NCBI RefSeq assembly: GCF_902713615.1
Contig: NC_052146.1
Span: 240,139,827 to 240,203,826, forward strand
Reading direction: 5' to 3'
Length of the DNA: 64,000 nt
Origin: Scyliorhinus canicula
Taxonomy: Eukaryota
In this document: positions 52,945 through 64,000 of the stretch, piece after piece
Layout: every line of letters begins with the position of its first letter
How positions within the stretch are numbered: the stretch's first letter is position 1
Notes under the pieces: generated by a model
The model's input: the letters and a program-made list of their open reading frames with translations, nothing else
What the model was told of the DNA's origin: nothing
Database searches by the model: none
Position numbers and translations under genes: made by a program

Positions 52945-53739
52945 AGGGGGTGAGGAGGGGAGTGCTGACTATGCTTCCATGGTGTTGATGGGAAGGTTGG
53001 AATGCCGGTCAGGGTGGGTGAGGATGGGGTGTGGGGGGGTGTGGGGGGTGGGGGGAAGGGGGGGGGGGTGGAGAACACACACAAGCTCTGTGTTGGAGTC
53101 TGTGGGCTGTTAGGCCGCAGTGATGATCATTGGTGCCATCTTTAAGGGCACGCCGATCTCTATGAAGCCCTGCCAGAGTGACATCGCAAACCTTGCCAGG
53201 TCATCATTTCTCACCAAGAGAATCAATATTTGGCAAGAAAACTGGTCTGTGCAACTGGAGAGCTACACACCAGTTTTCAGTCTGAGCCTGACACTTTGCC
53301 AAATTCTAGTAAAGTTCTGTCCACATTGTGTAATGTTGTGCACACGGCAAAGGAAAATTCAGTGATATTTCTCTTCCTTTCAGTTTTTACCACAACGCAT
53401 TATGGACACCTTTCTCCATAAAACCATCTAAAGCTGTCCCAGATGGAATATGATTTCCAGAATGTAGTATCACTTCCGAACTATTATGGTAATCAAATGC
53501 TTCAAAACAATCTGCACTGAGAATCCTGTCCACTATTACAAAGCAATTTCACTAGCTTTATTCTCCTCTTTGGTTTTTGCGTAAGGTATAAAATGGACAC
53601 AGATTTCCCCAAAATCAAAGCCAGTTTCATTGTGCCTTTTAGCTGTTTGAACAGGCTACAGAAGAATTATTCTGATTGCCTTTAATATCCCTTTTCCCTC
53701 CCCAAAGTGTGCAAATTGAATGTTCTGTTCTGGAGACTA

Positions 53740-54920
53740 ACGGTGCGATCTACTGGCCATGTTGCACCCCATGGCTGGAAGATCACGGGTGAAGCCTCCT
53801 GCTGGCTTCCCGACAGCTGAAACTTCTTGCGGGATCAGGAACCCACCACAATGGGCGGATCGAGCCACCCTCGCATCGGGTGCTTAAGGCCTACTGACCC
53901 AGTATCTATGGGCCTCCTGGAATCTACCGGCCTGGGATCTGTGGCCAGGGAGGCTGCAGCCAGGCGCCGTTCAGTACTTGTCCACACGAACTAAGGGTGC
54001 GATCTTCCCCCCACGTCGCACCCCATGGCGGAGGTCATCAGGCATTTGTAGTGTTACTGTCCACAGGGATCTCACACACCACCAACAGAAGGGGCATCAG
54101 CACCGATTGTCTCACAATTAATTTAACATCATAGACTCCTGTAACATCTTGCACAAGTCACGTCATCAGCCTTACTGGGGACCACTCAGTGCACACAGCG
54201 GGCATGTATGCTCCTTAACTGCTCTTGCAACCGTGCTGCTCACAGTCTATTCATCAGTTTTTGTGCAGCACAAGATCGCCCACAAGAGAGAGAGACTCCA
54301 GAGTAGGGAATCTCAGAGTGTGGTCACTCGCCCCCTACAAGTAGCAGGTGGCAGAGCTGGCTAGGGAGGATAGGGACTGTTCCTGTGTGGAGGGTGAGAT
54401 CCCTGAATTCCAGCAAGCCAGTGAGGGTCTGTGCAGTGGTCAGCAGCCATCTGTAGACAATGGACTGGATTCTCTGATTTTCAGGCTATGTCCTGACGTC
54501 GGGGTGTGAATAGTGCCGTTTTACGACCGAAAACTCCAGCGATCCTCCGTTTGATGGGGGGCTAGAAAGCAGGCAGCGCCGAGCACACGTTTCTAGCTGC
54601 CGATGCGGCCTGGAGAATTGATGGGTCCGTGCCGCGCACGGGCATGGCGGCGGCTTGTAGCGGCCGCACCATGCAACACGGGGGAGGCCGTGCGCAGATC
54701 CGGCCGGCCTGCCCTTGCCCGGCTCGTGACCGCCGGACCACCCCCCAACAATGCCCCCAGCCCCTGCCAAAGTCCCCACTGCCTACAGATCGGCTCTCCC
54801 CCGACTGCGGTGGCGCTGGACTCAGTCCAAAGCTGCCATACCGAGTTCCTGACAAATAATAGCATGAGAGACCCACGCCCTGGGGTACTTGGCCGGTTGG
54901 GTGGCGGAGCATCGAGGAGT
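53740..54920. mobile_element. Cluster of decayed Harbinger-type fragments
   Basis: Harbinger-like termini (ggtgcgatct, gggtgcgatcttccc, ggactggattctc) and GC-rich internal sequence. Confidence 0.5.
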
Positions 54921-55566
54921 GGACTCAGGCAACAGCCTGAGGAGGGTGCTTGGAGACATTGCTGGAAAAGTGTGCACTACACAGGCCAACATAAAGAGGC
55001 AGTTTGGGAAGAAGGGGATTCAGCAGAGGGTTCAATGGGGGAGAAAATAGAAACATGACATAGGATAACAGAGGCGAAGGTAAGGGTTGGGGTGCTGGGT
55101 AAAGGTGAAGCTGATTAAAGGGAAGCAGGAGAAGGGGGAAAGGGAAAGAGGATGAAGACACTGATGAAGATGACGGAAAAGAAAATAGGACGGAAGAAGA
55201 GGAAAGGGGACGACATAACCATCAGGGTGAGCTGAAGAGGAAAACGTGAAGAATTGTGCAATGAGTGACATAGCAAAGAGATCAGGTGCATGAGGAGTGC
55301 TGAAGGCAAGGCACATGGCAGGAAACAAATAACCAAGTACTAACATGGTGGGAGAAAAACAGGCACATTGAGGGGGAGAAACTGAGGACCCTTCAGACTG
55401 ATATACGCAATGGAAAGAGAGGAAAAACTGAACAAACATAAGATTAGAGAGAGAAAAAAGGAGGAAAAAGCAAACAAGGTTGGAGAGAAGTGAATCAGAG
55501 CAGCACAGTGGAGAGTATGGAAAAGAGTAGAGAATCATGTTCACATTGAAGAAAAGAGATTGGTTT

Positions 55567-56623
55567 TGAAACCAAGCTTGGGTTAATAAAGCCATCTTAA
55601 CCAGGCTTAACCAGGTTGTGTTTAATAAGCTAAGGCTAACAATGAAGGACAATTGCAATTGTTAGATCTGCACTTTTCTGTTATTGCATATTTCTGTGAC
55701 GCCGCACATGCAACTAACCATGCAGAAATTTTGACTACGCTTCTCGGGTGCAAAGTAATTTATTTGTGTATCTATTGATCGATTATAAAAGAAGTTCTTG
55801 TTACAGAATTTAAAATGTTCTCAGTTCAGCCCTTGCCTGCAAAAAGCTTTTTCGAGAAGATTGTCCTTATTAATTACAGATAAATTGAATTCAAAATACA
55901 GTAACAGTTTCTATGCACAGAGCAGTACAAGGCTGCACAGTTTAAAGGTAGAATGTAGACTAGTATATATTAGATAGTGGATAGCTTCTAGACAAAAATA
56001 AAGAATGATTCATGAACAAAATTATGGTCCGTAACCATGACATTTAAAGTAATTTGTTATCAATCTAAATCAATCTATTCCTTGCGTTGATTGGTTTGAG
56101 TCAATCTTTAATACTTGTGATTTGATCCTTGGGTTGTCAATCTATCATAAGAAACAGTATTTCATCAAACTTAAAATTAACATTTATGTTGCTTCTAGAA
56201 ATTCTTCAGTAGGGCTTTATCGAATATTGGTATGTGACATTTGTGCTTATCGTATACTGGTATGCGTTTTATCCAGGGCACGTAATTGGATGATGGCCAA
56301 TTCCTTCTTTCGGTCAAAGGATTGTTCATATTAGTTCTAGTGTCAACCTGACCTTGGTTAGAAATGTTGCATTTGTTTAATTCTTTTGCAAGCTGTTTGA
56401 TTCTTGCAAACAGATATATATTTTGCAGAGTCATGATGGAACCCATTTTGAATGGTTTATAATTGAGCTTTTAAATCAATTATTAATTCAATTTATCAAT
56501 TAACCCTCTTTTACCTATAAGAAATGGTTAGTTTATTTCACCTACGCTAAGGCTGGCTCAATACTCAGACTTTGGAAAACGCTCTTACAATAAGATGGCT
56601 TTATTAACCCAAGCTTGGTTTCA
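55567..56623. repeat. 1057-bp segment bounded by a perfect 33-bp inverted repeat
   Basis: TGAAACCAAGCTTGGGTTAATAAAGCCATCTTA (55567-55599) is the reverse complement of 56591-56623. Confidence 0.85.
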
Positions 56624-57599
56624 TGTACACGAGTGATGGATCTGGATAATGCCAAGATCGATCTGCTGAACACTGAAAGAAACACATCAATTATATAATT
56701 TCCAAAATTCAATATCTCACCCCATTTGGACTCGACCCCATCCCTGAAGCTGTCATGTTCAAGCTTATCCAATAAAATTGCGATCAACCCATGATTGAGC
56801 CTCATCCTGTCACCTGTTCTTTATCTAAAGCTTTATGTCAATCTTAAATTGTTTTCCCCATCTTAACATCCTGTGTGCCCATTGTTCATTAGGGACAGGA
56901 TGGCAGAACTGGCATCCTCTTTACTCCATGGATTGTTTCAGAGAGCCAGGATATCAGAAGTGGCTTCCTTTGTACTTCATAGATTGTTCCAGAGGATATT
57001 GGAGGCCACTGATGAAAATTATTTACTGTGTAATCTGCTGATCACACATCTCATGTGTCTCAAAAACATGGGCAAGTTAGCTAGCCTAAATCCCATCATG
57101 CATTGTGGCCACTGCTTGCAGCCAGAGTTTACATGATTATCACTGCTATGTCCTAAAATACAGGTTTAATGGTTAATAATGGTTACCCAGCACAGTTTCT
57201 ATAATTAATCTCAATCCTTAGTAAACTAATTTATGTAAAAGTACTCTAGTGGCATCCTAGCTATTCAGTTTTAAGAGGTCTCATCATTGGACACACCCTT
57301 CAAGTACCACTTACAAATTATGAAAATAAGAAGATTCTACTCCAAGCAAATTGAATGTGATGACCCTGCAGTCATTGCTTCATCAGCACTCTTTATATTG
57401 TAGGACCCGAAGTAACCTAGAGACCCATCAAAATGCAATTCAAAAGGACGAACAAGACAAACACTATGTGAGACAAAGCAATGAAGAAGATTATCAGACT
57501 TCCTCGGAGTGATCTATAAAAAAGCAATACTGCAAGAGGATCTCATTAAACACATTATAGACTGAGTGGTCACATAATGGTGCGGCTACAAAAGTGGTC

Positions 57600-60500
57600 A
57601 CATGTCGGGAGTATGGGTAAGGTGCCAGCGTGAAGCAGCTGCTGAGCTAGTGAATAAACTACTCTTTGTTATAAGTCCTTGTTGCCAGTGTTTCAGGAAT
57701 CCAATGGTATCAGGAATCGGCAACATGGCACAAGGACGTTGCCATGTCAACCTGTTCATCTTTGATGGAAACATTGCAGGCAGTTGGGACAAATTTGAGA
57801 AGGGGTGGCTTATTTACTACGGTTCTGCATTGACCTCCAAGTCAAAAAAGGTACAGTTGTATACCTTATAAAACTTAGCGAGCCCTGAGACATTTGAATC
57901 ATTTGTTTTCCAGATAGAGGTAAAGGTGGACCTGAAATCATTTTTAAAATTTTGAGAATATCTGTCTTCAAATAAAAAATATAATCCTCAACAGACATGT
58001 GTTCAATTCAACAAGCCAAAGAGAAGATGTGCCAATGCAATTGTACATGGCTACCCTGAAAATCTTAGCGAAGAAATGTGTGTTTGGAGCTCTTACTGAC
58101 GAACTAATCAGGAGTCAAATCGTTAGTGGAATTCATGGTGATTCAGTCCACAAGCAGCTGCTGCGAGCGAAAGAAATGTTTTAAGCAGCCATTAGTGTTT
58201 GCATGTTAAAAGAAAAATCAGACAAAAGAAGCAGAGATTTTAGGCGGGAAACAGAAGTATTCGCAGTACAGGGCGCACTCTGCTCTAACTGCAGTGGCTA
58301 GCACCCTCAAAACAGAATAGCTTGTTTTGCATAAAAGATGCAAGAAATGTGGAAAGTAGAAAAAATTCACCAAATGCTGCGAATAGAAACCACAGCAGTT
58401 TTCTTCTGCTGTCAACGACATGCAGCTGGTGAGTCCTCCAGGGTTAGGAATGTCAGTAAGGTGAATGAACTGGAGCTCAGCATGAGCAGTGAAGCTACAG
58501 AGCCTTCAACAACACTCTGTTGTGAGAGTGTTTACACTGTCACAGGAAAGGTGAGATTTTCATCATCCTCAACATAACTTGCAGTAACACTAAACTGAAG
58601 GTAAAGATTGACACTGGAGGAAAGTGCAACACATTGTCCATCCAAACAAGAACCAGACCCATATTCAGCATCAGACCCCAACATCCAGTGGGACATAATG
58701 GCTTATGATGAACAAACCATCCGTAAAATAGATGTGGCCACTCTCTACTGCACACAGGCAGGTTCAGGTTTCATTTAGTTGACCAGAATATAGGGACATA
58801 ATCATGGACAGCATTACTTTGGTGCTCATTCAACTTGGTCCAGAAGTGCATGCTTTACAACATCAGGCCCCAGAATTTATAGCATACGAAGACCTGTTCA
58901 ACTGCAACACCATTGGTAAGCTACCAGTTGCATACCGCATGAGATTAGATGACTCAGTACCACCCGCAGTCTGTGCACCAAAAAGAGTACCAATAGCCAT
59001 GAAGCAGAAAGTAGGAAATGAATTGCATTGGATGACAGCATCTGCCGCCATAACTCCTATAGACGAGGCCGCAGATTGGCTTTCAGCAATGGTGGCTACA
59101 GTAAAGAGAGACGGCACAGTCAAGATATGTATTGACCCAGTTCACTTGAACACGGCGCTGCTCAGACCACATCACCTTGTGAAGACAGTGAAACAGATGA
59201 TAGAAGACATGCTCAATGCTAAGGTGCTCAACAATCTCGATGCAAAATGTGGGTTCTCGGATCTAACCACATTCATGACTCCAGTGGGCAGATATTGTTT
59301 TCTTCGTCTGGCCTATGGGATTGTAGCCGGAACCCCCTTTCTAACTCCACCCAACGGGCTTATATTGGGCTTGACACCCCTTTGTCCAAGCCCCACCACT
59401 GCCCGGGTGATCCTCTCTCTCTTACCGGTGGACTCACAACCAACTTGCGCCTACTCCACTTGAGCAGCGCCCCCGGGAGAGAGAAGAAAGGAAAGTCTCT
59501 GCCCACCTTTATCTGGCAGTCTTTCCTGAGTGGGCGGTTTCGAGGCGCCCAGGGTACCCCTCGGTCCTAGACACCGGAATTATGGTAAGGGAGATTTACT
59601 ATTGTGACTTGGTCAGAGATCGTTGGTGAGGGATTGTAAACTCAAAACGGACTCCAATTGAAAGCCAAATATAGGTATTTATTAAACGTTCAAGGTCAAT
59701 ATCACCAAATGCTAGGAAACACCACAAAATGCCTTATGCTTTACAAAACTATGACTATGGAAGGAATACTAAACGGGCACCACGTAAAAGCTTACTTTAC
59801 ACAATTTTAGCAGTGTCTTAAAACTATGATAGATGCATGCAACCCCCTTTCCCCCAAAAGCCTCATCCACTATAGTAATCTTGGGAACTTCGCGAACTTC
59901 CAGAGGATACTCACAATCCAAGTTCAAACTTAAACTGCTCAGTGGGTCTCAGGCTGCGTGCTGGAACAAATGAAAGGCAGGCACCAGGAGCACGATGATG
60001 ATGAGCAGGAGCGACGAGAGAAGAGTGAGAAAAGGAAGAGGGCTCTGGCAGGTCTGACCATCCTTTTTATACACCAAGTAAAGGCTATGGCCTTATCTGC
60101 TAATGTAACCTTCAGCCCCCATTGAAGCATACGTGGGCTTAACATCGTTATCTTCGGTATCAGGTGGGCTACGGCCTTATCTGCTACTGTGATCTTCAGC
60201 CCCCATTGAAGCATACGTGGGCTTAACATCGTTATCTTCGGTATCAGGTACTTGATTGCACCCCATTGTCCCTCCGGAGGTTGCTGAATGCTATCCCATT
60301 AAGGAAATGGGTTCTATCTTCCCTCTGGGTCAGGGCCATCAGCGCCTGTATTGAAACTAACCCAGGTGCATTGTTCTTCTGTTCCCTCTGGGCCAGGGCC
60401 ATCAGCGTCTGTATTGAAACTAACCCAGGTGCATTGTTCTTCTGCCGGTCTAGTCTGATGATGTCACAAACTCCTTTATCTTGCAGATAAACTAATCACC

Positions 60501-60836
60501 GGCCTGTCTGGGTTTCTGCTGCTTGTGGATTTCGAGAGTTGCCCCTCTAGACACACACACAGGGCTGAGGCTGCTGGGAGGTTTAGTCAAGGTCCTGCAG
60601 CCCCAAACATGGCTGCTTTTTACTGCTTTAAAGTTCAAAGTCCTTTTCCCAGCTCGTAAAAGGCTCGAATCTTGCCCGGAAAACCTACAGGATCTCCACT
60701 GGCAGCGAGATACAAAAGAGGCCTTCCGTTGGGAGCATGGGAGTTCTCCTTGGGAAAACATGAGGTAGATGCTGAACTGAAGAATAAACTACTCTGTGAG
60801 TTAAGTCCTTGTTGACAGTGTTTTTTGAACCCAACA
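57600..60836 (+). mobile_element. Old Gypsy element: LTR remnant, PBS, gag, PR, partial RT and 3' LTR remnant (60761-60836)
   Basis: TGGTATCAG PBS ~57705; CVFGALTDELIRSQIVSGI; IDTGG; ICIDPVHLN, LDAKCGF, TTFMTPVGRYCFLRLAYGI. aataaactactct...aagtccttgttg repeats at ~57655 and ~60783. Confidence 0.8.
59322..60760 (-). mobile_element. Long solo LTR-like insertion (1.44 kb)
   Basis: TG...CA ends; minus-strand TATAAAAAGG (60071-60062) and AATAAA (59683-59678); 84-bp and 63-bp tandem duplications upstream of the TATA box. Confidence 0.65.
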
Positions 60837-60888
60837 CATTTACACACTTATTTCGGAAATTTAGTCTGTTGTGTTTCTTTACATTTTA

Positions 60889-61110
60889 GGGCAGTATGGT
60901 GGCGCAGTGGGTAGCGCTGCCTCATGGGGCCGAGGTCCCAGGATGATCCCGGCTTTGGTCACTGCCCGTGTGCAGTTTGCACATTCTCCTCGTGTTTGCA
61001 TGTGTTTCGCCCCCACAACTCAAAGATGTGCAGGATAGGTGGATTGGCCACGCTAAATTGCCCCTTAATTGGAAAAAATGAACTCGACACTCAAACTTTA
61101 TTTTAAAAAA
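60889..61110 (+). mobile_element. HE1-like SINE
   Basis: tRNA-like head, SINE body and A-rich tail. Confidence 0.85.
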
Positions 61111-62152
61111 TGTTTCTTAACATTTAAAATTCAAACTTGTTTATCTGTCTGTATTACCAGAGGTTGTATTGATATTTTCAAACACTAATTCTAACAACTT
61201 GAGAAACATGTTGTAACCCCAATGCTGTACAAGTGAAATAGGTTATGTCTATTTTCCAGACAGGAGTTCCATGTGTTCTGATTTCAGTCACATGATGCAT
61301 TTCAACATTCTTACATTCTGTCAGTACTTTTGAGGTGTATTACAGTGTAATAAATAACAAAGGTTTGTCGATGTTCTATCAAATAATGCTTGCTTTACTG
61401 TAGAGGATAAAATAAACAACTGCAGTTCCTCTTTCACATAAATGGTATTGTCCCTGATGTACAACGGCTATAGATTTCAAACTAAGGGTTGGATATGAGG
61501 GATGCGTTTGTAATACACTTCTATTTTCAACGAAAACTATTCCTTTTTCTTCAATTTTTTATGCAGTTACATATGGGAATTCTATCAGTTTATTTTTGAT
61601 TGTGTGCTCTTGCATTCAAATTTCATAAACATTTAATGCAACCTAAGGCCATAGTTCATGTCTGTACTGTTAATTTATCACATTATAAGAGAATCAATAT
61701 GAATATGTGAAGGATTTCAGCAAAATCTGCAGGGAGCTCTATTCGCACTGCAGGATATTATGCCCATATTGTTGCTGTCAGAATCACATAAATATACTTT
61801 TTGTTTTGTAAGCACAAAACAAAGACGTGTGGGATTTCAGATTCAGCATCTCCACTTTTGGGAGATAGAAAATCCACCCGCTTTCTGTTGGTTTGCTCTT
61901 GGCCAGATTGCTCATTTTGAATTTTTGATGGTGTGCGCTAATTGACAGAAATGTCCAGAGAGCATTACAGATTGAAATCAGGGTCAGTTGGCACTCCACT
62001 TGCTGCTATTTCATATTCCCTTGAATTGTTTACAACATTCAGTCACCAAAATCAATCAATCGTGTCTTCAGGTTTCTGGCCTGGGCCTGTGATCAGAATT
62101 CTAACTAGAGAGGGCAATTTTTTTTCTTTGCCTGCCAATCGCTTTGATACTT

Positions 62153-62508
62153 AGAACATAGAACATGGAACATAGAACAGTACAGCACAGAACAGGCCCT
62201 TCGGCCCTCGATGTTGTGCGGAGCAATGATCACCCTACTCAAACCCACGTATCCACCCTATACCCGTAACCCAACAACCCCCCCTTAACCTTACTTTTTT
62301 TAGGACACAATGGGCAATTTAGCATGGCCAATCCACCTAACCCGCACATCTTTGGACAGTGGGAGGAAACCGGAGCACCCGGAGGAAACCCACGCACACA
62401 CGGGGAGGACGTGCAGATTCCGCACAGACAGTGACCCAGCCGGGAATCGAACCTGGGACCCTGGAGCTGTGAAGCATTTATGCTAACCACCATGCTACCG
62501 TGCTGCCC
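62153..62508 (-). mobile_element. HE1-like SINE with (catagaa)n CR1-like tail
   Basis: Full head to tail; tail near-identical to 29687-29816. Confidence 0.9.
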
Positions 62509-63325
62509 TTCTGTTTGAATTGGTTGGCAGCAGTGTTAAAATCTTGAAAAAGGAATCTTCGCCCCAGTTTTCTGCCCGAAGTCTGCCCCATGATGTTTTT
62601 GGCTGGGGATTGGAACAGGTACTAAGCGGTTCCATCCAAAACAGGCACCAATGTCGCTGAGCTATTTAAATCAGTATCCCGAACTTCCAGTGGGCAGAAT
62701 GCATGCATCAGGACAAATAGGAGTGAGCCTTTTGCTTTATTGGTAGAACCTCAGCCACAGAGTCATGAGACAAAGAGAATGATCCCCACCCCAGACAGCC
62801 TGGGAGGGGCAGCCTAGAATGTGGTTGGTAAATACTGGGTATCCAATGAGATATTTGGGTATGGATGGCCCTGTGATAGTAATCCCATCTTTAGTCTGAG
62901 TATTGGGTTTCGGGCCCAATCAAGACAATCCTGGCAGATGGAGATCAGACCCAGGCTCTGAACACTAGAATGATGTTGTTGCGCGAACTTGAATGCCCCA
63001 CATCCAGCCTCTATCAAAAGGGCAGGTAGTAACTTTACAACCTTGTTTGCAGTCCACAATCCCAAAAACATACATTGGAATTGAAATGCTACTGCTGTTC
63101 AGCAAAATAATAAATGAAGAATGTCAAATGTTAGTTTGTTACTGGACGTCTTGAGGCACTTTGCTGTGTTACAAACCCTGTGGAGACTTTTAAAAATAAA
63201 TTTGAACTTCTGGTAAAGAGTTGAAAGTATTACATGACAAGATTTCACATTTTAGGATGTCTATTGTAACAAAAGACAAAAATTCTATTGGCTGAACATT
63301 ATTTTTCTAGACAACTTATACTTTA

Positions 63326-63508
63326 AGGTTAGGTGGATTGGCCATGGTAAATTGCCCTTAGTGTCCAAAATTGCCCTTAGTGTTGGGTGGGGTTACTGGG
63401 TTATGGGGATAGGGTGGAGGTGTTGACCTTGGGTAGGGTGCTCTTTCCAAGAGCCAGTGCAGACTCGATGGGCCGAATGGCCTCCTTCTGCACTGTAAAT
63501 TCTATGAT
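63326..63508 (+). mobile_element. 5'-truncated SINE
   Basis: SINE 3' body ending ccttctgcactgtaaattctatga. Confidence 0.8.
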
Positions 63509-63514
63509 AAAACA

Positions 63515-63760
63515 GAAATTTCCCCTTTTATTTTTAGCACAGCTGAAAAAATACATATAATACAATATATCTGAAATGCCGACATTCATCACGTGTCCCA
63601 GGAGGACTGTACGAGCATTCCCTGGATTGACCAGTTGGTATTGCAACATGGAGGCAATCAGCTGGTTCATGACCAGAACCCTACCCCTGTAAGACAGCAC
63701 TCGGAGCAGTCCCGACAAGTACCTCAGGCGGCCAACACTGCTAAAGGGTTGAGAACTTGG
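63515..63760 (-). mobile_element. Tx1/L1-clade LINE fragment
   Basis: LSYRGRVLVMNQLIASML resembles the Tx1 post-RT motif; AATAAA on minus near 63530. Confidence 0.6.
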
Positions 63761-64000
63761 ATCCAATCAATGGCACTCATGTTTTGTTCTGCAGATTTCA
63801 TTGGCACAATTGACGAATCAAGGGAGGGCGAGGTAGCATTTCAGGCAAATGACTGCCTTGCATGGCAAACAAGACACAGCCAATTTGAGTGAAGCCTGCA
63901 ATTAGCATGACAAGCACATTGCCAGAGGACCCCTCATTCTCCCAGGTCACAAGGACTGCAGAGTTGACAAGCCTTCCATCAGCCACAGCCAACGACCACA

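Noticed and set aside
55032-55658. 208-aa hydrophobic minus-strand ORF
   Set aside because: Arises from the purine/pyrimidine skew of a low-complexity tract; no domain motifs.

Overview
Vertebrate genomic DNA, most likely a cartilaginous fish such as a catshark (inferred from the SINE, L1, CR1, L2 and Penelope repertoire). The only host gene is the 3' end of ASB3: three coding exons on + (2515-2766, 13585-13718, 17201-17427), ending in the SOCS box. Most of the rest is transposon-derived. The centre holds a four-level nest: a decayed Harbinger was hit by a Gypsy LTR element (31870-46529, TSD TCACC), then a full-length L1, then a very young Neptune-like Penelope element (RT + GIY-YIG, one frameshift). 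The Penelope pseudo-LTRs carry minimal hammerhead ribozyme motifs and two inversions. Also present: a young pol-less LTR element (48371-52235) with Gag remnants fused to a long low-complexity tail, several solo LTRs (one 1.44 kb and retrovirus-like), a hAT element 67 nt after the ASB3 stop, and an unclassified 1.06 kb segment bounded by a perfect 33-bp inverted repeat. Coordinates were read by eye and family names come from motif recognition, not database searches.
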